Positions 9,377 through 18,610 of a stretch of 64,000 nt of DNA are shown here, piece by piece. The DNA comes from a virus. Below the pieces are notes generated by a model. That model saw only the letters and a program-made list of their open reading frames with translations. It made no database searches and had not been told where the DNA came from. Both the position numbers and the translations under genes were made by a program. The stretch lies in the IMG/VR virus record IMGVR_UViG_3300032241_002679, positions 32,001-96,000 of that record. One strand, given 5' to 3'. Within the stretch, counting starts at the first letter, position 1, and each line of letters starts with the position of its first letter.

Positions 9377-11759
9377 TCTCACCCCAGTTCGTCAAAAAAT
9401 TAAGCTATTAGTGGTAGCTAGTGACAGAACTGGGGTGAGCTGACTAAGCTTTTTTAGATCAACAAAACCACATATTCATTTAGAAAAAAATTATCCTGAT
9501 GAATTTCAAATTGATATAGATTATGAACCACATTTGGATAATGATGAATGGTTAAAACAATATGATATTATTCACTATCACAGAACACTGGGTCCGTATG
9601 AACAAATGGAAAGTTTAATTAAAAGATTAGATAATTTAGGTATTGTTAGTATTATGGATTTGGATGATTATTGGTCACCTGGCCCTCATCACCCAGCTTA
9701 TCTCTTAATAAAGAACACTGGTTTAGACAAAATGATATTAAACAATATTAAACTTGCAAAAAATGTAACTACTACTACAAAAATTTTTGCTGAAGAAATT
9801 GCTAAACATAATAAAAATGTATTTGTATTGCCAAATGCAATTGATCCAACCGAAAAACAATTTACATATAATCCAGAAAAAAATGACCGAATTAGAATTG
9901 GTTGGTTAGGTGGTAGTTGTATGACACCAGATACAGAAATATTGACAAATGAAGGGTGGAAACGATTTGATAAGCTAAATCAAACCGAAGAAGTAGCGAC
10001 ACTAAACCCAGAAACAAATGAAATTGAATACAATAAACCAACTGGCTATATTTGTGAACCATTTGATGGACAATTAAATTGTGCTAAAAACGAGTTAGTT
10101 GAGTACGAAGTAACACCAAACCATAACATGTATGTATCAGAAGCTAAAAATCTAACACATAAAAAATTAGATTTACGGTTGATACAATCCGAAAAAATAC
10201 ATGGCAAAAATTTTCATGTTAAGATAGATGGTATTTGGAAAGGCGAAGAAATGAAATACTTTGTTTTACCAAAATTAAATTTTGAGACTGAGCAAGAAGA
10301 ATCATATATTGATTCTTTAATAGCTAAGAAATATAAACCAACTAATTATTTAGTTGATAAATATGGTTCGGATCTACATTTAGATATGGATAAATGGTTA
10401 AAGTTTTTTGGTTTTTGGATGGCTGAAGGGTGGACTAGTAAATCAAGAGGTTTATATCAAGTTGGTGTTGCACAAACTAAGGATAATAATTATTTATCTG
10501 AAATGTTTGATACTTTAACAGAATTAGGGTTTAACCCAAAATACACCAAAGATAAAAAACAACTTAGAGTTTTTGATAAACAACTATGGGATTATTTATC
10601 TTATTTTGGCCAAGCGTTTGAAAAATTTATACCCAACGATATTTTATCATTATCTAGTCGTCAATTGGAAATATTTTTAGAGTGGTTCATAAAAGGTGAC
10701 GGAACGGTAGAATCTAATAAATACCAAAGAAAAAGAGCCTTTACTAGTTCTAAAAAATTAGCGGATAATTTACAAGAATTAGCGTTAAAAATTGGTATAA
10801 CAGCCACTATAACAAATAGGGGAAAAAGAACATCCAGTATTAAAGGAAGACCGATTATAAATCAATACGATAGTCTTCAAATTAATTTTGGAAAAAAACC
10901 AAGTATTAGTAAACACAATAAATCAACACCATTAGTAAAATCTTCAGAACAATATAATAGATATTATAAAGGTAATGTATATTGTGTTGAGGTTCAGAAT
11001 CATATTATTTATGTTAGAAGAAACGGTAAAGCAATGTGGGTTGGTAATAGTCACCTTAAAGATCTAGAAGTTTTAAAAGGCGTAGCTGGTAGAGTAGCTA
11101 GTGAAGGATTATTGGATAAAATACAATTTGTTGTATGTGGTTTTGACCTAAGAGGAACCATGACAATAATTGATGAAAAGACAGGAGAACAAAAACAAAG
11201 ACCAATTCTACCACGTGAAAGTGTATGGTTTGAGTATGAGAAAATATTCACTGATGATTATAATATAGTTAGTCCTGAATATAAAGAATTTTTATTGAAA
11301 TTTAAAAATGAGGAGTATCCAAATTTAATGAATGAACCGTATAGAAGAGTATGGACAAAACCAATAAGTACATATGCCACTAATTACAATTTGTTTGATA
11401 TATCATTAGCACCAATTGAAGAAAACATATTTAATAGAGTTAAAAGTCAGCTTAAAGTTATTGAATCTGGATTTCATAAAAAAGCATTAATAGCACAGGA
11501 ATATGGTCCTTATCAAATAGATATTAAGAATGCGTATCAATTTGGTGGTGGTTGGGATGAAAATGGAAATGGAATTTTAATAAATAGCAATAAAAACCAT
11601 AAAGATTGGTCTAAATTTATTATTAAACTAATTAAACAGCCAGAATTAATTAAACAATTGGGCGAAAATTTATATAATACGGTAAAAAATACATATTCAT
11701 TAGATAAGGTTACTGAAGACCGAAGAAATTTATATCATAAACTAATAGGCAATAAATAA
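9357..11759 (+). CDS. GT-B type glycosyltransferase with an in-frame TGA at 9441-9443 (putative recoding) and an intein
   Basis: From ATG 9357 or 9369: ...KIKLLVVASDRTGVS*LSFFRSTKPH..., in frame with track ORF 9534-11759. MDLDDYW, LPNAID, RIGWLGGS/SHLKDL and KSQLKVIESG are glycosyltransferase motifs. Confidence 0.8.
9378..9450 (+). other. Putative translational bypass element: long stem-loop ending at AGC-TGA-CTA-AGC
   Basis: ctcaccccagttc (9378-9390) is the exact reverse complement of gaactggggtgag (9427-9439). Matched AGC codons at 9438 and 9447 flank TGA at 9441. Confidence 0.6.
9918..11048 (+). mobile_element. Intein (377 aa) with a LAGLIDADG-type endonuclease, in the glycosyltransferase
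   Basis: GGS|CMTPDTEILTNEGWK...VTPNHNM...FGFWMAEG...FLEWFIKGDG...VYCVEVQNH...WVGN|SHLKD. Confidence 0.9.
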
Positions 11760-11771
11760 TTTATTTTTTAG

Positions 11772-11802
11772 TTGCAGATTCAGGATTTTTTATGTAAGTT
11801 TG
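11772..11802 (+). promoter_or_regulatory. Bacteroidota-type promoter (TTG-N20-TAAGTTTG)
   Basis: ttg at 11772-11774 and TAAGTTTG at 11795-11802, upstream of ATG 11817. Confidence 0.5.
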
Positions 11803-11816
11803 TTAAAAAATATATT

Positions 11817-12398
11817 ATGTCCTTAAAATCTGAACAAATAGTTAAAAATACTAAGAAGTATTTTCAAACAGCTACTGATAATGGGTTTATGAATGAAGAT
11901 CTCATCAAATTTTTGGGTGAGGACTTTATTAAAGCACCCGCATCTACAATGAAAAATCTTCATAATGCTTTTGAAGGTGGTTTAGTTGATTACTTGTTAA
12001 ACGTAACAAAATTTGCTATTAATTTTAACAATTCATTACCCGAAGAAATGAGGGTTGATCAAAAATCTCTTATTAAAGTATGTTTTTTACATCAAATAGG
12101 AAAGGCTAAAATGTATAAGCCTTGTACATCAGAATGGCATATTGAAAAACAGGGTAAGATGTATGAATTTAATGAAAATTCTGTGTCAATGCGTGTCAGC
12201 GAACGTTCAATTTATTATGCGACTCAGCATGGTATACAATTTACTGATGAAGAATATTCAGCGATTTTAAACTTTGATAAAGTTGATGATAAAATGGCCG
12301 AATACCACAATACAATGCTTGGGGATTTATTAAAAACAGCTTCATTATTCACAATTAAACATTTAAAACAAAAATATAATGAAAACCAATCTAGATAA
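11817..12398 (+). CDS. HD-domain (YhaM-like) protein with a degenerate motif
   Basis: APAS...HNAFEGGLVDY...FLHQIGK; ATG 11817 preferred over TTG 11772. Confidence 0.65.
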   Translation: MSLKSEQIVKNTKKYFQTATDNGFMNEDLIKFLGEDFIKAPASTMKNLHNAFEGGLVDYLLNVTKFAINFNNSLPEEMRVDQKSLIKVCFLHQIGKAKMYKPCTSEWHIEKQGKMYEFNENSVSMRVSERSIYYATQHGIQFTDEEYSAILNFDKVDDKMAEYHNTMLGDLLKTASLFTIKHLKQKYNENQSR

Positions 12399-12948
12399 AA
12401 TGAGGGAAAAGATTTTTAAATTAATTGATTCTAATAGTAATTATAGTATTGAAGATTTTAATGCTGAATTTGCCCAAGTTAATCATGTTGAAAATTATAA
12501 AATTGCTTTAAATTTTGAGAATAAATCAAATAATCCAAATCCAGAGTATGCAACTGCTGGTTCTTCTGGATTTGATTTAAGAGCAAATCTTGAAAAAGAT
12601 GTCTGGATAGGTAAGGGTAAAAGAGAAATTATACCAACAGGATTATATTTTGAAATACCTGAAAATTTTGAAATACAAATACGTCCTAGAAGTGGTTTAG
12701 CTGCAAAAAATGGTATAACAGTACTAAACACGCCTGGGACAATTGATGCTGATTACAGGGGTGAAATAAAAATAATCCTTATTAATCATGGTGAAATACC
12801 ATTTTGTGTTAAACATGGTGATAGAATTGCACAAGCTGTGTTTGCATCTGTCATTGGCGAGAATGTTGTTAATTTGTCACAAGTAGATAAAATTTCAGAT
12901 AATACACAGCGTTCGTCTGGCGGCTTTGGTAGTACAGGTTTACATTAA
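12379..12948 (+). CDS. dut: dUTPase (trimeric type)
   Basis: SSGFDLRA, RPRSGLA, PGTIDADYRGEI, GDRIAQ and RSSGGFGSTG motifs. Confidence 0.95.
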   Translation: MKTNLDKMREKIFKLIDSNSNYSIEDFNAEFAQVNHVENYKIALNFENKSNNPNPEYATAGSSGFDLRANLEKDVWIGKGKREIIPTGLYFEIPENFEIQIRPRSGLAAKNGITVLNTPGTIDADYRGEIKIILINHGEIPFCVKHGDRIAQAVFASVIGENVVNLSQVDKISDNTQRSSGGFGSTGLH

Positions 12949-12961
12949 TTTAAATTAATTT

Positions 12962-13729
12962 ATGAAATTAGATTTTAACGATTTATTAATTGTTCCACAA
13001 AAAATCACTTCAATAACCTCTAGATCAATGGTTAATCCATTTGCTAAAGATTATCTTCCATTAATGACTGCTCCAATGGATACTGTTATTGATAATAATA
13101 ATAGTGATGTATTTTTTAAAAACAAAATTAGAGTTTGTTTTCCCAGAGGAATTTATGCTGAAAGAGGGTTTAAGTCTTTTTCTATCTCAGAAATGGCTGA
13201 ATTAGTTCAACAAAATAATATAAAGCCTGATAACAGTTACTTAATTGATATAGCAAATGGTCATATGAAAAATGTTTTAGAATTGGTTAAAACAATAAAA
13301 GAAAAATATCCTAATTTAAAGTTAATGGTCGGCAACATTGCTAATCCTGAAACATTTGCTTTATTATCTGATGCTGGTGCTAATTATATTAGAGTTGGTA
13401 TAGGCAATGGCGGAGGATGCATTTTAGAAAATTCTATTGTTTCAACTAAGTCGGGGGATAAACCAATTCAAAATGTCGAAATAGGCGATTATGTTTTAAC
13501 CCACACTGGTGAATATAAAGAAGTAATTAGCACAATTGCATATCCCAGTCGTGAAGAACTTATAAAAATTAACAACACGATATCAACTAAAACACACGAA
13601 TTTTATGTATTAAATAAGATTTATAAAGATTTAGTTGACGATGATAATATTCATAATTATGCTGAATGGATTAAAGCCGAAAATCTAACTAACGAATTTT
13701 TTTTATTGGAATATGATGAGAATGATTAA
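12962..13729 (+). CDS. IMPDH/GMP reductase N-terminal half fused to the split-intein N part (IntN 13418-13726)
   Basis: PLMTAPMDTV, IDIANGH, MVGNIA, IRVGIGNGGG|CILENSIVSTKSGDKPIQNVEIGDYVLTH...TKTHEF. Confidence 0.9.
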   Translation: MKLDFNDLLIVPQKITSITSRSMVNPFAKDYLPLMTAPMDTVIDNNNSDVFFKNKIRVCFPRGIYAERGFKSFSISEMAELVQQNNIKPDNSYLIDIANGHMKNVLELVKTIKEKYPNLKLMVGNIANPETFALLSDAGANYIRVGIGNGGGCILENSIVSTKSGDKPIQNVEIGDYVLTHTGEYKEVISTIAYPSREELIKINNTISTKTHEFYVLNKIYKDLVDDDNIHNYAEWIKAENLTNEFFLLEYDEND

Positions 13730-13753
13730 CCTTTTAATAGGTTCGACATATTT

Positions 13754-14800
13754 ATGATAAAACCCATTATGTTGAAGAAACTTTTTAATAAAAAAAATAT
13801 TTGTCTAGAATGCCAGGAATTTTTTAATAAAGATACCGACAATAAAAATTTTTTATCTTTTACTAGTCATTTAAAAACACACCATGGTATGTCTAATGAG
13901 GAATATTATCGTAAATATTATCTAAAAAATAGTGAGGGTCTTTGCGCTTGCGGATGCGGTAATAAAACCACATTTCATAAAGGTAAATATTTAAAGTATT
14001 TTTCTGACCATAAAAATTATATTACTCAGACAGATTTAACACTCTTAAAAATTAAAAAATCTAAAGAAAAATATAATAAAATTTCTAGTTTATTAAAAAA
14101 AACAGGTATAACATTTGATGAATTAAAAAAAACATATGATGAATTTATTAATTTAGAAAAACCAATTAGTGTTTTATCGAAAGATTTATCAATTGATTTT
14201 AGAACATTAAAGGATTATTGGTTAAAAGTTGGTTTAATTGAAAATAAAGAAATTTTTAAACGGACATGCTTAAAATCTCAAACTAAATGGCTAAATAAAC
14301 CATTGGTTCCAAATGATAATATTGTTGAAAATTTACGGTCTAAATTATTTTTAATTAAAGAACTTTTAAATAGGTCGGATAAAGTAACTTTTAACCAAAT
14401 AATTACTGTTATAGATTTAAAACTTAATAAAAATTATCTTGGTTGGTTTCTAAAGGAAAATCTGACATCTACAGAGTTAAAAAAGGTTAAATTCATTAAA
14501 CACAGTCAAATTGAAATTGATTTTCTTAATTTATTAAAATTTTATTTCGATAAATCGGTTTTAGGTTCTTTTGAGCTTGATGGTAAAATTTTTGATTACA
14601 AATTGGGTAAAAATATTTTAATTGAATTAGATGGCGAATATTGGCATTCATCCGATGAAACTAAAATCAATGATAAATTAAAAAATGAAATAGCTAAGTC
14701 TAATGGATTTACTCTAATTAGAGTTAATGATAAACATGTTAAATCATTAGATTTTTTAAATAATTTAAAAAATATATATGAAAAAATTAAAAAAATATAA
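13754..14800 (+). mobile_element. Free-standing Vsr-like homing endonuclease between the split-intein halves
   Basis: SQIEIDF...FDYKLGKNILIELDGEYWH...DKLKNEIAKSNGFTLIRV; N-terminal C2H2-like and CACGCG zinc motifs. The start may be ATG 13769. Confidence 0.85.
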
Positions 14801-15449
14801 ATTAAAAGAAATTGAAACTATTGAGTTTATAAATACTGAGTCATATAATATGTTACATGATATAACAGTTGATAAAAATCATTCCTATCAAGTTAACAAT
14901 AATATTGTTCATAATTGCCTCACAACTCAAAATACGGGTGTTGGATATCCAATGGCATCCCTAATTAAAGAATGTTATGAGGTATCACTGTCATTAAAGA
15001 ATCCAGCTTATATTGTTGCTGATGGTGGAATGCAGACATATAGTGATGTTATAAAAGCTTTAGCATTAGGCGCTGATTATGTAATGCTTGGTAGCATTTT
15101 TAATAAAGCACTTGAATCTGCTGGTTCTAATTATTTATGGAAAAAAATAAGAGTTCCACAAATAATTGCTAATAAAGCTTATAAATTCGGTGTTCCTGTT
15201 TATAAGAAGTTTCGTGGAATGAGTACTAAAGAAGTTCAAAAGAAATGGGGTTCTAAGAATATTAAAACTAGCGAAGGTGTAATACGATATAGAAAAGTGG
15301 AGTACACTCTTGGTCAATGGTGTGAAAATTTTGAACATTATTTACGCTCAGCTATGAGCTATACAAATGCTAAAAATTTAAAAGAATTTATTGGCCAAGT
15401 AGAATTGATTGAGATAACAAATAATGCGTATAAAAGATTTAATAAATGA
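14778..15449 (+). CDS. Split-intein C part (IntC 14778-14915) fused to the IMPDH/GMP reductase C-terminal half
   Basis: MKKLKKYKLKEI...HDITVDKNHSYQVNNNIVHN|CLTTQNTGVGYP...VADGG...KALALGADYVMLGS...FRGMST...SEG. Confidence 0.9.
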   Translation: MKKLKKYKLKEIETIEFINTESYNMLHDITVDKNHSYQVNNNIVHNCLTTQNTGVGYPMASLIKECYEVSLSLKNPAYIVADGGMQTYSDVIKALALGADYVMLGSIFNKALESAGSNYLWKKIRVPQIIANKAYKFGVPVYKKFRGMSTKEVQKKWGSKNIKTSEGVIRYRKVEYTLGQWCENFEHYLRSAMSYTNAKNLKEFIGQVELIEITNNAYKRFNK

Positions 15450-17092
15450 TAACAGTAGTATATTGTACTAGAGAGACAAAACCAAAACATAAAGAGCATA
15501 TAATTAAGACATCTGGTCTTGGTAAAGATATTGAAATTATTGAAATAATAAATCATGGAGAGGGATTAACGAAACCATATAATCGTGGTTTATCTCAGGC
15601 CAAGAATGATATTATTGTTTTTATGCATGATGATGTTGAGATTGAAACAACTAGTTGGGGTAAAAAATTATTAAAAACTTTTGAAAAAAATTCGGATTAT
15701 GGTATTATAGGTGTTGCTGGTACGAAAAATATGCCTAGTAGCGGTCGTTGGTGGGATGATAGGAATAAAATGTATGGTAGGGTAAAACATACGAGCCAAG
15801 GTAAAACTTGGCTTTCGGCTTATTCAGAAGACATAGCAAATGATGTTGAAGATGTAATAATTGTGGACGGTTTATTTTTTTGTGTTAATAGAAAAAAAAT
15901 TAAAAATAATTTTGATGAAGAATTTACTGGGTTTCATTTTTATGATATTAGCTTTTGTTTTCAAAATTTTTTAAATGGTTGTAAGTTAGGTATAATAACT
16001 AATATAAGGGTCAATCATATGTCTATTGGTATGACAAATGATGAATGGGAAGATAACAGACAATTATTTATAAAAAAATATTCCGATAAGTTACCAATAA
16101 CAATTAAAAGAACAAACTTTAAACATAAAAAATTAAAAATATTAATTGGTTGTTTAAGTTTTTCAAATTTTACTGGTTCTGAATTACATGTTTTTGAATT
16201 AGCAAAGGCTCTTACTAAAAATAATTGTGATGTAACCATCTGTTCTACGTTAGGTAATCCTCTTGTGAGTCTTGCTAAACAGTACAGCATTAAAGTCTGT
16301 GATATGAAAGAACCGCCTAATTTTAAATTAGGTGATGGTAAATGGCAATTAAACACTCCTGAAGGACTTGTAACATCAAAAGAAAATACCTTATATAAAA
16401 TATCCGATGAAAGATTTGATATAATACATTCTAACCACAAACCAATCACCGAATTTTTATTAAAAATATATCCAGATATTCCATTTATTTCAACAATACA
16501 TTCTGAAGTAATTGCATTAGAACAACCAGTTATTTCTGATAATATAAAAAAATATATTGCAATTAGACCTGAAATTAAAGAATATTTAATTACAAATTTT
16601 AATATATCACCAGATAAAATTGATGTTATTTACAATCCAATAGATATAAATAAATTTAAAATAATCAATAATACAATTAAAAGGTCTAAAAAAATTTGTT
16701 TATTTGTTGGTACAATAGATTATTTACGTAAAAATACAATACAGGATTTAATTAATACTACACGAGATAATAATGAAGAACTTTGGATTGTTGGTAAAAA
16801 AAATGATACATATTTAGAGAATATGATACAGAATGAATCACATGTTAAATATTTTGAACCAACATATAATATTGAAAAGTATGTACAACAATGTGATTAT
16901 ACGGCAGGTATTTTATTAGGCCGCACAACAATTGAGGGATGGTTATGTGGAAAAAAGGGTTGGATCTATAATGTCGATGAGTTTGGTAATATTAAATCAA
17001 AAACATTACATGATGTACCTGAGGATGTCAAAAAGTTTGGTTCTGATTCTGTTGCTAGTGATATAATTGAAATTTATAAAAGTTTATTATAA
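15446..17092 (+). CDS. Two-domain glycosyltransferase (GT-A/GT2-like plus GT-B/GT4-like)
   Basis: YNRGL...FMHDDVE...FHFYD N-domain; FTGSELHVFELAKAL, VIYNPID and GRTTIEG C-domain. Confidence 0.8.
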   Translation: MITVVYCTRETKPKHKEHIIKTSGLGKDIEIIEIINHGEGLTKPYNRGLSQAKNDIIVFMHDDVEIETTSWGKKLLKTFEKNSDYGIIGVAGTKNMPSSGRWWDDRNKMYGRVKHTSQGKTWLSAYSEDIANDVEDVIIVDGLFFCVNRKKIKNNFDEEFTGFHFYDISFCFQNFLNGCKLGIITNIRVNHMSIGMTNDEWEDNRQLFIKKYSDKLPITIKRTNFKHKKLKILIGCLSFSNFTGSELHVFELAKALTKNNCDVTICSTLGNPLVSLAKQYSIKVCDMKEPPNFKLGDGKWQLNTPEGLVTSKENTLYKISDERFDIIHSNHKPITEFLLKIYPDIPFISTIHSEVIALEQPVISDNIKKYIAIRPEIKEYLITNFNISPDKIDVIYNPIDINKFKIINNTIKRSKKICLFVGTIDYLRKNTIQDLINTTRDNNEELWIVGKKNDTYLENMIQNESHVKYFEPTYNIEKYVQQCDYTAGILLGRTTIEGWLCGKKGWIYNVDEFGNIKSKTLHDVPEDVKKFGSDSVASDIIEIYKSLL

Positions 17093-17093
17093 T

Positions 17094-17993
17094 ATGGGGA
17101 TATTAAAAGATTGGTTTAAAAATAAAGTAGCGTCATTAGGTATATCATTATCAAATGTCGAAAAAAATTTATTGAGTCAGGATAAAAAGAGTCTTGAGGA
17201 TGATACTAAACAAGTACAGAGACATTTACAAGGAACTTTACTCGATTCTTTATTACATGGTGAATTGACACAAGAAGTAAAAAATTTGAGATGGAGGACG
17301 TATAAGATATATAAAGAAATGTCCAAATACAAACCTACATTTAGTTATTTAAATGATGACGATGATAATCCACCTGAAATGATTAATATAGAAACTGTAG
17401 ATAAAAAAAAATATATTAAAAATATAAAGGTTGATGATTATGATAATTATGATTTAGAATTATCATTTAATAATATTCGCAGTACTCTTAATCTTACTGA
17501 TGCCATTGAAACTGAAATAACCTTAAAAGATTATGACGCAAAAATAAAGGGAGATGTTTCGTTAAAAATAAATAGGAATTTTATTCCAAAATTTTATATT
17601 GAAAATTTTACAAAAAAATTAAATATAAGAACTATTGATGACAAAAATAAACTTTTAGAATTCTACGTATCAAAATATTCTGATATGTATAATCCTCAAA
17701 CAAATGTTTTTATTAATCAAATTAAAAAGATTATAAATAATGGCCCCTCTAATCATAATTTTTTGGAGTTTGATGAGGTTGGTTTTATGACAAATAATAC
17801 AATTGGAGCTGATGATTTTTTATTATATACATATGATAACATTTTTTTTGATAAAATAGTTGAATTTGATGGTTATTATGTTATCAAATTTAAAGCTAAA
17901 GTTTTAATTAATGGTGAGGATTTATTAAAAGATTTTGTACAAGAAGAATTGGAAAAAAAATATGATAACAAAGAAACAAAAAAAGTGAAATGA
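17094..17993 (+). CDS. Hypothetical phage protein
   Basis: Long ORF; ATG 17094 directly follows the upstream stop. Confidence 0.7.
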   Translation: MGILKDWFKNKVASLGISLSNVEKNLLSQDKKSLEDDTKQVQRHLQGTLLDSLLHGELTQEVKNLRWRTYKIYKEMSKYKPTFSYLNDDDDNPPEMINIETVDKKKYIKNIKVDDYDNYDLELSFNNIRSTLNLTDAIETEITLKDYDAKIKGDVSLKINRNFIPKFYIENFTKKLNIRTIDDKNKLLEFYVSKYSDMYNPQTNVFINQIKKIINNGPSNHNFLEFDEVGFMTNNTIGADDFLLYTYDNIFFDKIVEFDGYYVIKFKAKVLINGEDLLKDFVQEELEKKYDNKETKKVK

Positions 17994-18610
17994 GTTTTAA
18001 CAAATATTTTGATAAATTATATTGTATAAATTTGGATAAAAGACCTGATAGATGGTTAGAGGCGAAGAATGAATTTAATAAATTTAAAATTGAGAATGTT
18101 GAGCGTTTTAGTGGTGTTGATGGCAATGAGTTAAAACAGAATTTAAAAATTCTTAATGGTGAAGCTGGTATCTTATTAACACATATTAATTTAATTAAAA
18201 AATGTTTGGATGATAAAGTTTCAAATGTTTTAATATTTGAAGATGATGTCATTTTTACAAATGAAATTAATTATTTAGATGACTATATGAATAAATTACC
18301 TAAAGATTGGGATATGATTTATTTTGGTGGTAATCATATATATGGGCCTAAGCCTATAAAAATAAATGATAAAATATTAAAAATTGATAGTACAGTTGCT
18401 TTACATTGTGTCGGAATAAAAAATACTGTTTTTGAACAAATATTACAACTTTTACCAAAGATGGCAAAACAAGTTGACGCATATTATACTATTATACAAA
18501 AGAGTTTTAATGCTTATTGCGTAACACCAAATATTGCAATACAAAGAAGGGGTTTTAGTGATATCCAAAATAAGATTGTTGATTATAGAAATTTTTTTAT
18601 TAATGAATGA
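17990..18610 (+). CDS. Glycosyltransferase family 25
   Basis: YCINLDKRPDR, RFSGVDG, LIFEDD, WDMIYFG. Confidence 0.85.
   Translation: MSFNKYFDKLYCINLDKRPDRWLEAKNEFNKFKIENVERFSGVDGNELKQNLKILNGEAGILLTHINLIKKCLDDKVSNVLIFEDDVIFTNEINYLDDYMNKLPKDWDMIYFGGNHIYGPKPIKINDKILKIDSTVALHCVGIKNTVFEQILQLLPKMAKQVDAYYTIIQKSFNAYCVTPNIAIQRRGFSDIQNKIVDYRNFFINE

Noticed and set aside
9441-9443. Genome-wide TGA reassignment or selenocysteine insertion as the explanation of the in-frame stop
   Set aside because: TGA ends several genes in ATGA overlaps (e.g. 15449, 18610, 22866) and genes are otherwise intact in code 11. No SECIS-like stem follows this TGA. Simple leaky readthrough is not formally excluded.
8361-9460. 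Group I intron housing the first endonuclease
   Set aside because: No upstream exon, and no room or recognisable core elements; the region before the endonuclease is a short terminator/promoter gap.
9534-9536. TTG start for the glycosyltransferase as given in the ORF track
   Set aside because: It would drop about 55 in-frame residues, including the N-terminal beta strand KIKLLVVASD; the upstream frame looks clearly coding.
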